DNA of 64,000 nucleotides. Origin: Eledone cirrhosa (Eukaryota). The first letter of the stretch is position 1. Every line of letters begins with the position of its first letter. Under the pieces are notes generated by a model. The model saw nothing but the letters and a program-made list of their open reading frames with translations. It did not search any database and had not been told where the DNA came from. Made by a program: the position numbers and the translations under genes. The stretch covers positions 119,722,001 to 119,786,000 of the forward strand of contig OZ024740.1 of assembly GCA_964016885.1 (NCBI GenBank), given 5' to 3'. Positions 11,668-25,424 of this stretch are shown one piece after another.

Positions 11668-13344
11668 ATGAAGTACACATATACACACACCCTACATACG
11701 TTCATCATGCAGAAACAACATCTGAATATTTCTACAAAGAACATACCCGTACCAAGCAGGAAAACATACCTAAAACTCCTGATACAGAAAACAGACGCGT
11801 TCATTAAAAGGTTGCGTTGGCGTGCCTTTTATTTCGATAATCCGCGAAAAGCAGACAACAAACAGGATAAATTTGGATTTAAAACCTATAATAACCCCCC
11901 GTGTAACCCAGCATTGCTACCCTTCGAAAATGATGTCTTGGAACTCATTCGGAGTATCAAATTTCGGAATAGGAGCAATTCCTTCCAGCAAGACCTGAAG
12001 AATAGAATTCGTTCTATTAAATATTCTAATGCCGTGCACGTCCATTCCGACAAAACTGGCAACCTATATCAAGTGGAGCGCAGTACTTACCATCAACTAC
12101 TACATAATGCTGTAACTAAGGATTACCGTAAAACTAATCGGTGCGTCTTCAATGAAATCCACGATGCTGGGTTTAAAATCACATCTGATCTCAACATCCT
12201 GGACCGGACCGAACCTCTGGACCCTATTTCTCCCCACTTTACCCTGAAGGATCACAAATCCAATTTTCCGAACAACCCCTCTATTCGGCTTATTAACCCT
12301 ACGAAGTCCGATTTAGGTAGACTTAGAAAAACGATTCTTGATAGAATTATACCTGAAATTAGAAGTGTGGCCCCTCTTGCACTGTGGAACAATTCTTTCG
12401 CGGTGATTGATTTGTTCAACGGTATATGTAACAAGGAACATTGCCGTTTTATCCAATTCGACATCAACAATTACTACTCCTCCATCACTCTACCACTTCT
12501 CCTTAGAGCCATCAATTTCGCTAAAACACTCACAGTGGTTAAGGATTTCGAAGTTGATGTCATCCTCAATGCCCGAAAGTCGGTGATTAATTTCGACGAC
12601 TCTATTTGGATTAAAAAATCCAATAGTACCCCATTCAACGTGAGTATGGGCGCCAGTGATTCTGCGGAGGTTACTGATCTTATCGGCCTTTTTCTTCTTT
12701 TCTCTATCAAGGACGAATTCCCCAACGCGGGCGGTGGTTTGTACCGTGACGATGGTCTTTTGACCATGACTAACTGCGGACCTCGTGCTTGCGACAGGTT
12801 CAGAAAAGAACTCACAGCCTTCTTTAAAGGTTTCAACCTCTCTATACAGGTTGAGGCCAATCTCTCGGTCGTTAATTACCTCGACGTTACCCTCAATTTA
12901 TTGAATGGGTTGTATTACCCGTATAGAAAGCCGAATGATACGCTTAATTACATAAGTAAGCATTCCAACCACCCTGCCAGCATAACCAAGAACCTGGTAA
13001 GAAACGTTTTGTTGAGGCTTTCCCGTCTTTCCACCAACGAGCGTATTTTCAACGACCATTCCACTTATTACAATGAAGCTCTTGCTAGAAGTGGTTTTGT
13101 CGATAAGGTAGCATATACAGAGTACGAAAATAGACCTAGAGGAAATAGATCCCGTCGCATTTGTTGGTATAACCCACCATATAATATGGAGGTGGCCACA
13201 CCATTAGCTAAGTTCTTTCTTTCCCTTATTACGAAGCATTTTCCCCTACACATAAATATAGTAAAACTGTTAATAGAAATACTATTAAAATGTCTTACTC
13301 TACGACTCCTAACCTTGCACATAACATCACAGCTTCAAATTTAG
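11668..13344 (+). CDS. PLE reverse transcriptase (probably Nematis-like lineage; the real frame shifts near 13245)
   Basis: KNIPVPS..RLRWRA N-terminus, DKTGN, KDHK..F..RLINPTKS, FDINNYY, MGASDSAEV, YRDDGL, YLDVTLNL, SNHP motifs. Confidence 0.92.
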   Translation: MKYTYTHTLHTFIMQKQHLNISTKNIPVPSRKTYLKLLIQKTDAFIKRLRWRAFYFDNPRKADNKQDKFGFKTYNNPPCNPALLPFENDVLELIRSIKFRNRSNSFQQDLKNRIRSIKYSNAVHVHSDKTGNLYQVERSTYHQLLHNAVTKDYRKTNRCVFNEIHDAGFKITSDLNILDRTEPLDPISPHFTLKDHKSNFPNNPSIRLINPTKSDLGRLRKTILDRIIPEIRSVAPLALWNNSFAVIDLFNGICNKEHCRFIQFDINNYYSSITLPLLLRAINFAKTLTVVKDFEVDVILNARKSVINFDDSIWIKKSNSTPFNVSMGASDSAEVTDLIGLFLLFSIKDEFPNAGGGLYRDDGLLTMTNCGPRACDRFRKELTAFFKGFNLSIQVEANLSVVNYLDVTLNLLNGLYYPYRKPNDTLNYISKHSNHPASITKNLVRNVLLRLSRLSTNERIFNDHSTYYNEALARSGFVDKVAYTEYENRPRGNRSRRICWYNPPYNMEVATPLAKFFLSLITKHFPLHINIVKLLIEILLKCLTLRLLTLHITSQLQI

Positions 13345-13835
13345 CTAAACTACCTAGCCGTAGGAACACGTGCAACCCTGTAGTTAGTACTAACGGTAAT
13401 TGTAGGAATCAGGTTGATTGCCCCCTATCCGGGAAATGCCTCTCTAGTAACATTGTCTACAAATGTAAGGTTTTAACACCCACGTCCCGTAGGGCCTACA
13501 TAGGGTTAACCGCCAATAGATTCAAGCAGCGTATTTACATGCATACCCATTCTTTTCGTTACCCTCTAAGAAGGAATATGACGTCACTTTATGCTTATAT
13601 CTGGAGTCTAAAAGACAACCACACCCAATATAAGTTACACTGGGAGATCCTAGCTAGGGCTAGATCGTATAACGGAAATAAAAGACCATGTGACCTCTGC
13701 GCCGCTGAGGCCCTGGAAATACTCTACGCCACAGACCACATCTTAAACAAAAAATCTGAGGCAATTTCGGCTTGTAAACATAAATTGCACAAAACTTTCC
13801 TGTATTACAGCGCCACGTTATACCCTAACGGATAG
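13245..13835 (+). CDS. PLE C-terminal GIY-YIG endonuclease (continuation after a single-base frameshift)
   Basis: THKYSKTVNRNTIKMSYST, NCRNQVDCPLSGKCLSSNIVYKC, YIGLTANRFKQR, CDLCAAE, LNKKSE..CKH. Confidence 0.9.
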   Translation, partial: PTHKYSKTVNRNTIKMSYSTTPNLAHNITASNLAKLPSRRNTCNPVVSTNGNCRNQVDCPLSGKCLSSNIVYKCKVLTPTSRRAYIGLTANRFKQRIYMHTHSFRYPLRRNMTSLYAYIWSLKDNHTQYKLHWEILARARSYNGNKRPCDLCAAEALEILYATDHILNKKSEAISACKHKLHKTFLYYSATLYPNG

Positions 13836-14760
13836 TACAATTTATACGTGGATATATTACGTCTTGATGTGGGAGCTAAGTATATGTTTTGTTTATACCA
13901 TTACTTATTTGCATAGGTAAGTATATTTTACCCGTATGTTTTGTGAAGGTACGTATACCTTCTCGTACGTATATTTGATTGTTTATGTTATGGCGTATAA
14001 TTTTATATATTCTGGTACATATGGTTTGGCTATGTGTATACGGGAGTTTTGCTTCTGTGTGAGTATGCAGGTTCGTACGTATGTAGGGTGTGTGTATATG
14101 TGTACTTCATGTTTCGGTTGACTTACGTCTCCGAACATTCGTGTATTTACATGTAGGTATGTGTGTGCGCATGTTATATATGTATTTATTTATTTATATA
14201 CGTTTATATAATTATTTATTTATTTGTATACACGCATACATACAGACACATATTTATATGTGCGTTGTTTTGTATATCTGTGGTAAGTGTTTTGCGTATG
14301 CTTGTGCATGTACGTATTTGTTTGCGTGTATGTATTTATTTATTTCTATTACTTCTGTATTGTATTTATTTACTTTGTTCTTAACTCTGTAGCGGAGATT
14401 CATTCGGTTTCCTAGTAAGAATTTTAGTCTACGACTTCTGCTATACCATTTACGTGGTTTTGTCTATGCATGCTATTGTTCTCCACGCTCCACATATGAC
14501 GTATTAACTTGGTTTTTTTCGTTCATTGCCAGAGAACGTCTCTATGAACCACCTAAGAGAACATTAGTCTACGACTTCTTTTATACCATAAACGTGGTTC
14601 TGTCTTTGCGCGTAATTGTTTTTTACCGCTCCTATTAATGACGTATTATATTCGTTTTTTCCCGTTCTTTGCCAGCGGACGTTTCCACGAACCAAAGTAT
14701 CGTCTTCCTGTCATCCTCCGGTTGCAACATTTTTTTGAAATATCCACTTCTGCGTTTACA

Positions 14761-14830
14761 GATTGACTTTGTTAGTTTCAGAAGATCCCGTTAAAGGTGA
14801 AAGCAGCGATTCTTTGCTTAAACTTTAATC
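14761..14830 (+). ncRNA. Hammerhead ribozyme with CAGAAGA core (3' pLTR)
   Basis: Stem I AGTTT/AAACT plus distal GATTGA/TTAATC; CAGAAGA 14779-14785; GAAA 14799-14802; stem III AGCA/TGCT; predicted cleavage after 14819. Confidence 0.7.
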
Positions 14831-14840
14831 TGTTATTTTA

Positions 14841-14924
<84 letters not shown>

Positions 14925-14927
<3 letters not shown>

Positions 14928-16560
14928 TTTCATGTATAATAAACAATACAATATAATTACCTCGTTACCAAAGGTTTCCCGAATAAGACGAATACAAGAA
15001 ACGTCCGCATTCGTTCGTCAGATAAGGCAACTTAAAACATAGTGAAATATTTGAAAAATCTCCTCAATGGAGTTAGCGTACATACAGACTCAGGGACTAA
15101 GGGATGAAATATATACATATACAAGGATGAAAGGACACACGCGTATAAAGATACACACATGCGCAACCACATACATGTATGTGATATATACAGGGAAGGG
15201 AGTGTATAAAGTCAACGCAGTGTCAGAGGGAAGGTCGATACAAATATAAAATATGATGAATAAATGAAATAATATATAAGATAAGAATAAAAAATTAAGG
15301 CAAAGAGAAAGTAAGTGGGAGGAGTTGTAATATATAAAGTAACACTAGAAAGAAAGAAAGAAAAATATACATATTCGCGAACAAGCTCATACACACATAC
15401 ATATATATAAATATATATACATACAGACAAAAACACGTGCACAAAAGCATACAGACACACACACACATACATATACACGCATACATACATATATACATAC
15501 ATACATATACACATATATATACATACATGCACAACTATCCACAGGCACGCACGCGACCATACCACAGACCCTCCATCTCAACTCACCTTTTGAAAAGCAG
15601 AAGAACTGCGAAAGCGGTAAAGGAACCAAATAAATATATATATTAAAAAAAAAAAATAAGACTCCAGTTGCATTTTCGATTTCATCTCTTTTTCTTTATA
15701 TATAAGTATATATACATGTGAAAACACATATACATAAACGCACACACACATGCAGACACACATGCACACATACAGGCACACATACGAATGCGTTCGTATA
15801 CATATAGAAATACGTATACACACACATGCACACATACGCATACATACAGATATAAAAAAACAACCGTATGAACAAATGGGTACAAAATATACGCAAGTAT
15901 ACATACATAAAAGCGGCTGAGGGACAACGGAAAATATCTGGAGTTAAAAACACAAGTGATAGTGATGTCTGGTAGTGAAAGAAAAGGGGAAAGTAAAATA
16001 AATGTAAATAATGTATAATTGTTAAGGTATAAAGTTAAGGAATCAAATAGAAGGGCGGGGGCTCACTAGTGGATGTAAAGTAAAAATAAAAATAAAAGAT
16101 AAGTAAAACTGAATGAGAAGTCTATAAAGAAGGTAAGTTAAGGAAAGTGAAGAACAAGAGTTTATGGAGGATAAGTATCTGAAAGTGAGTTAAGTTTATA
16201 TGAGCTGGAAAGCAAGTGTTATTTCATGTGTGGGCAACTGGTGAAAATTTGTCTTGTGTCATACCCACATATCGTTCACTGGTGGCTGGTAAGTTGTTGC
16301 TGGTGGTTGTCACTTTGGCCTCATAGACAATGACTTTGGTGTTGCATTTACCTTGTAATGGGCATTCACTTTTGACTCTACAGGAGCAATTTTGATATCT
16401 CTTGGTGTTTTCTTATTAAGGATACAAGATTTAATAGAAGGACCGCAGGAGTAGCTGATTTTGACACAGTTTCTATTGAAGATCTTATAGTATCTATGTG
16501 TTCTAGGGAAATGTTTATCTAAGAGCTCTAGTAATGTTTTGCATACATTAGTTTTAACTG
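14925..16560 (-). mobile_element. Truncated PLE: GIY-YIG remnant, long 3' UTR and hammerhead
   Basis: Minus 16200-16560 translates FPRTHRYYKIFNRNCVKISYSC and CSCRVKSECPLQGKCNTKVIVYEAKV..YVGMT. Confidence 0.8.
14956..15031 (-). ncRNA. Type I hammerhead ribozyme
   Basis: Minus strand: GTTGCCTTAT-CTGACGA-ACGAAT..ATTCGG-GAAA-CCTTTGG-TA-ACGAGGTAAT. Confidence 0.7.
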
Positions 16561-17166
16561 CTAAAATTCATCAGGAAGCTGGCTGTCCAAGTAAATGGTA
16601 GTATTTATGTCTTTCCTTATCTGGTAGTAGGAGAGGGCGCGGATTGGGATGGGTCTAGATCATTGGTTAAAGGATTTAAAGAAAGGGGATTCATTAAAAG
16701 TTAATTCTTTAAAGCTATAATATTAAGAAAGGCAGAAAGAATACTGTAAACAAGTTCAAAATTAGAATACCAATCCTTGTTTATCACATAACGTAACAAT
16801 GCCTGTAAGACAGGTGTCTACAGGATGGGTTGGTTCAATGGTTTAAAGAGAAGGGAAATTCTTTAGAAGCTAATTCTTTAAGGCTAAAATGAGGGTGACA
16901 AAGGCAGAAAAGGTCCCATCAACAGATACAAGTGTTGGGGTGGTGAACCCCCTATAGTGACGTTTCTCTGAATATATATTCCAGGTGTCGACAAACACAT
17001 TCACACACGTACACACACTTACACGCACGAACACACAGGCAGGCACACACACAACAAACATACATAATGGTACATACACACATACATACATACAAATACA
17101 TACATACACATATACATATATATGAGTGTACATACATACGTATACATATACATATATATATATATG

Positions 17167-17278
<112 letters not shown>

Positions 17279-17289
17279 TATATATACAC

Positions 17290-18145
<856 letters not shown>

Positions 18146-18168
18146 CCCATACCTATATATATATATAT

Positions 18169-18283
<115 letters not shown>

Positions 18284-18620
18284 CATATACATACATATGT
18301 ATAAATATATATATATATATATATATATGGAAAAGAATGAAACGAAATTTCATTTCTCACTCTTAGTACGGCTGATACTTAAATGTAAGAATGTATGTAT
18401 ACGTATATACATATATGTATACAGACATACAGTAGTATGTATATATATACATACATGCACACATATATATATGTACGTATGTGTTTACCGAACATTTATT
18501 ATAATGTTCGGTTTGTTTGTTTGTAAACAAACGAACAGCCCGAATTACGCCGTACACTGTTCAGGAAACCATCGTCGCCCTTTTGTTCAACACTGACACA
18601 GGACCGATGTACCATGAACG

Positions 18621-18681
<61 letters not shown>

Positions 18682-18685
<4 letters not shown>

Positions 18686-18849
18686 AACGAGTAGGACCCC
18701 GACGGCTGAGCTCAAGCCGTTTCGACGGCAACGGCTTGAGCTCAGCCGTCGGGGTCCTACTCGTTCCTATTACCCACTCTACTACCATAAGTATTGAGTA
18801 CTTCGGTGCGTTATGGCCCACCTGGTTCCTTACCACATTCCCTTCGTTA
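18682..18849. repeat. Short foldback insert in (TA)n: ~40-bp hairpin arms plus ~80-bp unpaired tail; sister at 59853-60015
   Basis: ggaacgagtaggaccccgacggctgagctcaagccgtt followed by its exact reverse complement. Confidence 0.85.
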
Positions 18850-18893
18850 TATATATATATATATACATACATATATATATATATGTATATATA

Positions 18894-18945
<52 letters not shown>

Positions 18946-21633
18946 CATCATCATCATCATCATCATCATCATTTCACGTCCGCTTTTCCCTGCTTGCAAG
19001 GGTAGGACGGGTCTTATTCAGCACACCATCTCTCCACTTGTCAGGGTTTTGTCATCTCCACTGTGAGCTTCAACAATCTGAGGTCTGTTCTCACCACCTC
19101 CGCCCATGTTTTTCGTGGTATACCTCTACCACGTCTTCCTTCAACTGGCATTTCCTGGCACTTCTTCATCCATCGTTCATCCTCCATGCACATCACATGT
19201 CCATACCACCTCAGTCTTCTCTCCCGTACACTACATTCTATCCCTCTCAGACACATTCATGCTGGGTCGTTGACGCACATTGACACTGCACATCCAACGG
19301 AGCATGCTTGCCTCATTTCTCTCCAGCCGTCGCATATCCTCTGCAGTTTCTGACCATGTCTCACTACCACGCAGCATGGCGCTCCTCACACAGGCATCAT
19401 ATATCCGGCCTTTCGTACGCAGGGAGAAACACTTCTTCGTCAACAGAGGAAGTAGCTCCCTAAACTTCTTCCAACCCGCCCTTATTCTAGATACTATGGC
19501 CTCGGAACACCCCCTTCCCATGCTAATCTGATCTCCTAGGTACCGGAAGCTATCCACCACTTCTATAGCACCTGCCTGCATTTGAAAAATGTGTCTATCA
19601 ATGTAACTTCTACTGTCTAATTTCCCTGTACATCTACTGCATACGTATTTCTCCCTACCTGTTAGTTTGGCTGCTATCCCGCTACATCTCTTGTGTACCC
19701 AGGATCTGCATTGTGTGCATTTTATAGAATGTATGCCAGTTCCTTTTCTGCATATCGAACATGGCCATCTCCCTGACGGAACCAGTGTTTTGTCCTCTTT
19801 TCTACTCATCAACACTTTTGTCTTAGTTATGTTCACTCTCAGTCCTCTTGCTTCCAACTGCGGTTTCCATAGCCAGAATTTATTCTCTAGCTCCTCTACT
19901 GATTCTGCTATAAGAACCAGATCGTCAGCATAGAGAAGTTCCCATGGACAGCCAGTCTTAAACTCCTCTGTTATGGCTTGGAGGACTATAATGAACAAGA
20001 GCCGGCTGAGGATCGAACCTTGATGTACTCCTACTTGTACCTTGAATTTCTCACTAAACTCCATTCCTACTCTGACTTTACTGACAGTACCTATGTACAA
20101 AGTGTGTACTGTCCTCACAAGCCATTCCTCAACACCTAGTTTCCAAAGGGACCACCAGATGACAGATTGGGGTACCCTATCAAAGACCTTCTCTAGGTCA
20201 ACAAAGGCTAAGTATAGTGGCTTATTTTTCTCTAAGAACCTCTCTTGTAATTGTCTGACCAAGAAGAGGGCATTTGTTGTACTCTTCCCAGGCGCAAAAC
20301 CAAACTGTATCTCATCTAGTTTGACCCTTTCTCTAATTAGTTGTGCTAATATCATTTCTGCCACTTTCACCCCCTGATCCTTCAGTTTTATACCCCTATA
20401 ATTTCTCCTCTCCAGCGCATCCCCTTTACCTATGTAGCAATGTATGAGAATACTGCTGCACCAGTCTTTGGGTATGACACCACCATATATAACCTGATTG
20501 ATGATGCGTGCAAACAGTTTAGTGCCTACGTCCCCTGATGCCTTCAGCATCTCAGCAACTATACCCGATGGTCCAGCAGCCTTACCATTTTCCATTTCCT
20601 TAATCGCCTCTTGGATCCTATATTCGTCAATCTCAATAGCTGGTCCCTCTGTCGGATTTACTGAGGGTAATTTCTCTCTCTCCCATTCGTTCTCCACATT
20701 CATCAGACTCTCATAATGACATTTCCATGCCTCTTTTTTCTGATCATTCGTGACACTAACTACACCGGCATCATTCTGGACACATTTATCTCCAACAACA
20801 TCCTGATTTGCATTGACACACTGCCTTTCAATGTGGAACACCGCACGCCTCTGATCTTCCCATCACAGAACATTGGCAAACCTCCTACTTTCAGCCTCCC
20901 TGCGTGCTAAGTACACCTGACGTCTAGCTTCTCTCTTAGCGGCTGTATATCCTTCCCTACTCCCACCCTTTTTCCAAGCCTTCCATGCTAGTCTTTTTTC
21001 TCTAATGGCCTTATCTACTGTGCTGTTCCACCACGAGGTCACTCTCTGTCTGGTTGGAGCTCTGCTCCAGCCACAAGTTTCATCAGTAGCCTGCAGTAAG
21101 TTGTCACGTAAGGAATTCCAGTTATTATCTATGTCATACGTCTCTAAATCGTCTTCTTTTCCGTCATACACATCTTCAAGGGCTTTCCTAAATTTGTATC
21201 TTAGTGAAAGGTCTTTTAGCTTCCAGACCTTTCTTCTCCACACCTTCCTGTATGTCTCATTCCATCTCTTGTTTACTGAGATATCAATAACGACTAACCT
21301 ATGCTGTGGGGTACATTCTTCCCCAGGGTATGCCTTGGTATTAGACACTATCTGCCTGTCCCTTTGCCTAACTAGTAAGAAGTCAATCTGGCTTATGTGA
21401 TCGCCAGATTTGTAGGTTATTAGGTGATTGGCAGGTTTCTGGAAGTTAGTGTTGCAAATAGTCAGTGTACTTGCATCACAAAATTCAAGAAGTCTCACTC
21501 CTTCTTCATTTCTTGAGCCATAACCGTGCCCACCATGTACCCCAGTGTAATCATCCTGGAGCTGTCCAATATGACCATTGAAGTCCCCTGCTAGCATAAA
21601 GATGTCTCCGTTTTCTGTCATTGCGGTTGTTTG
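18946..21633 (-). mobile_element. RTE-clade LINE, 5'-truncated (partial APE, RT, PHD-like finger), (ATG)n tail
   Basis: ORFs 20863-21621 (GDFNGH, QIDFLL, QHRLV) and 19231-20841 (NYRGIKL, FVDLEK, GVHQGS, LLYADD, CSICRK..CTQC..VHKRC, YLG). One in-frame stop and a late frameshift. Confidence 0.93.
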
Positions 21634-21636
21634 TAA

Positions 21637-21679
<43 letters not shown>

Positions 21680-21742
21680 CATATATGTATATATGTATAT
21701 ATTTATATATATATATAAATATACACACACACATATATATAT

Positions 21743-21790
<48 letters not shown>

Positions 21791-21794
<4 letters not shown>

Positions 21795-22884
21795 TAAGTT
21801 GTTAAACAATATTCGATGATTATGTCAAAGTATGAGTTTTACAGTAGATTGGAAGCACTCAACAGAAAATAATTTTCAGGAGTTATTAATATAAGTATTA
21901 ATAAAATAGATGTTCTTTTGATCAATTACATTTTATTATACATATTTCGGATGTACAACAGTACGTCCTCGTCAGACAAAATATAATGATACATGACATA
22001 CGCTGAGATGTCAAATGGTTAAGATTTAATCAATGTAGTGATTACCCGATAGAAACATTTTGCTTATATAATATTTGTGTGAGAGTGCGAAAAGGTAATG
22101 AATTCATTAGAGAATGTGTGAGTAAGAAATAGCGTTGCATACTTAAAGTGTTCTAAAATTGTAAATTGTATGATACTATATCTAGGAAAACGTCTCATGA
22201 TTCATAACAGCCAGTGATAATCACTGGAAAAAGATTTATAAGGACGGAAAGATAAAGTCTGGGGGGTTTACTTTCGAAAGTTAAACGGTTAGAATCTGGA
22301 AATATTTAATTTATAATATTAATGTGAAGATTATTTGCTATTTATTTATATATTATTTATATAAATTTGATAAAGGTGTTATCATTTCTAAACTTCTGAA
22401 TTGTGAGAATAACATTTTAAAGGATTTAGCTGCCACGTAAAGAAAGAAATATTATACTGTTGATTAATTACCTAAATCTAAACTTTAACACATATCTCAA
22501 CGTATTAGGTATGTAAAGCTTTTAAAGTACTTATTGTTATAAATATTTGAATAATTATTATATATAATTATTATGTATATTATGTATTAATGTGTCAGTA
22601 TGTATAAGGTAAAAATAAAATAAAATAAAATAATATGTTACAGATTAAATTTATAGATAATTATTCTTTAACCAAGATATCAACGTATTATTAGATATAG
22701 GGATGTATATATATATAGATATATATTAGGTATTAATGTAGTATACTTTAGGCAAATGATAACAGTTATACTCTTAACAACGTGTTACATTTAAATACGT
22801 ATATATATGCATGACGTACTGTTGTACATCCGAAATATGTATAATAAAATGTAATTGATCAAAAGAACATCTATTTTATTAATA

Positions 22885-22890
<6 letters not shown>
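21791..22890. mobile_element. Non-coding PLE-like insert with asymmetric inverted arms in (TA)n
   Basis: 21890-21967 is the reverse complement of 22813-22890; contains a hammerhead. Confidence 0.75.
21925..21987 (-). ncRNA. Minimal type I hammerhead ribozyme
   Basis: Minus strand: ATTATATTTTGT-CTGACGA-GGA..TCC-GAAA-TATGTA-TA-ATAAAATGTAAT. Confidence 0.8.
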
Positions 22891-22975
<85 letters not shown>

Positions 22976-22984
22976 GTGCGTGTG

Positions 22985-23019
<35 letters not shown>

Positions 23020-23045
23020 CTATAATATATATGTGTATGTGTATA

Positions 23046-23076
<31 letters not shown>

Positions 23077-23128
23077 CTATATGTGTATATATATGTATAT
23101 ATATGTATATATATATAAATATATATAC

Positions 23129-23194
<66 letters not shown>

Positions 23195-23229
23195 ATGTAT
23201 GTATATAGATAGATATATTATTTATATAG

Positions 23230-23604
<375 letters not shown>

Positions 23605-23623
23605 GTAGGAGGTGAGTTTTATT

Positions 23624-23950
23624 GTAGTACAATAAAGCAAAGCAGATATCGGATAAGTAGAATTCTACAGTTTGTGGGACTGGAGTATAAATAATATAAG
23701 ATCAAAAGATGGTTAAAAGAGTTCCATGTATTTTATTATGCGCATTTCAAAAACAAATATCATCATGAGATGACATTTGCGTTTTCGTCAGACAAAAACT
23801 GCACTATTCACAAGTGTTTTTTAACCTTCATATCATGTCTCCCTATTTATCTGACGAAAACGCAAATGTCACCTCATGATGATATTTGTTTTTGAAATGC
23901 GCATAATAAAATACATGGAACTCTTTTAACAATCTTTTGATCGTATATTA
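23624..23950. mobile_element. Foldback pLTR-like insert with a complete hammerhead in each arm
   Basis: 23691-23792 is the reverse complement of 23850-23950. Confidence 0.85.
23844..23913 (+). ncRNA. Type I hammerhead ribozyme with palindromic stem III (mirror copy on minus, 23731-23797)
   Basis: TTTAT-CTGACGA-AAAC..GTTTTT-GAAA-TGCGCA-TA-ATAAA. Confidence 0.8.
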
Positions 23951-23974
23951 TATATATACATATATATATATATA

Positions 23975-24062
<88 letters not shown>

Positions 24063-24429
24063 TATATATATATATATCCTTGTATACATTTCCTGGTTTG
24101 GTGTTTTATCTAGTGAGGCCTCATCCTGAAAGGATTTAATTAATCATACCCATGTACTCCAGCAGCTATTTTATCAATCTATATTTGACAAACTATGAAG
24201 ATATATATAAATCTATCTATATATGCATTTATATGTATGTGTATACATATTATATACATATATGTATGTGTGTGTTTGCTGGGTCACAGTTTTCAAGGGA
24301 TTTAGTCGATTATATCTATGTAAGTACTAATTATTTTCAAATCATGTATTCATTTTGCTGATCACTATTTGTCAAACAGCTACGATATTCACACACATAT
24401 ATTATCATCATTATCATCTTCATTGTCTT

Positions 24430-24572
24430 AAATATATAGTATTCTCTTCTTTAGGTTCCTATCAAATATATAGTTCCTATCAAATATATAGTTTTCTCTT
24501 CTTTGGGTTCCTATCAAATATATAGTTCCTATCAAATATATAGTTTTCTCTTCTTTAGGTTCCTATCAAATA
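24430..24572. repeat. 52-bp tandem repeat (~2.7 copies)
   Basis: tctcttcttt at 24443, 24495 and 24547, with internal gttcctatcaaatatata doublets. Confidence 0.9.
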
Positions 24573-25356
24573 ACACTTGTTTGGCACAACCTTAGAAATT
24601 CTGATATTTGAATTATTCACTTGAATAAATTCAAATATACATGCAACATGACAAACAATAATAACCTATATTTTCATTTCTGAGAGTTAGTAATTACCAA
24701 TGCAGTAATTGCTTTTAAATTAATATGCAAAGGTGATTGCAAAAAGTATACAAAATGAAAAAATGTTACTTTTTCTTTTACCTCTATATATCTTTTTCTT
24801 TTGCTATATGTTTCTGTTTGCTTCGTTTCATTTTGAAATGGTTTTGTTATTGGAAATGTTGCAGAAAAAAATGTACATCATTTATATATACATATGTGAA
24901 GTTTCTTCAGTTTATGTTGTTTGTGTTTACAATAAGCTGGGGGAATAGTACAGAAATAAGTAGTGTAGATAAAGTTCAGCATGTATTCATGAAAATCTAG
25001 GGTAAATTAAAATTAATCTAGATGGTATTATATATATACGAGCAAGACACGGTCACCCGACCAATCTTGCCTCAAGTGGGACAACTCCCGTCTAACCCAT
25101 GCTAGCGTAGAAGATAGACGTTAAATGATGTTAATGATGATATATATGCAGAGAGAGAAATGTTTCATTCATTTGAAATCATCAGGAATGTTCTTTAACA
25201 ATGTTTATATTCTACCAAGGTATTGAGCACCATTTTTAACTGTGTTCATTTCCGGATCCCCGTCTGAAATCCAGCAACCAATATATATATATATATATAT
25301 ACAATATATATATATATAAACCCATGCTAGCATGGAAGATAGAGGTTAAACGATGA

Positions 25357-25424
<68 letters not shown>

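Larger units (their letters stand above)
10845..14845 (+). mobile_element. Near-complete Penelope-like retroelement with inverted pLTRs, inserted in (TA)n
   Basis: ~10930-11705 is the reverse complement of ~14075-14845. RT + GIY-YIG ORFs lie between the arms and (TA)n flanks both sides. Confidence 0.93.

Noticed and set aside
18520-18580. GAACAG..CTGTTC-AG-GAAA-CCATCG-TC hammerhead 3' half
   Set aside because: The 5' core box is absent, so it cannot be called a ribozyme.
20842-20866. In-frame TGA between the RTE ORFs as a selenocysteine or readthrough codon
   Set aside because: The position is not a Cys site, a CGA>TGA decay is simpler, and no SECIS was recognised.
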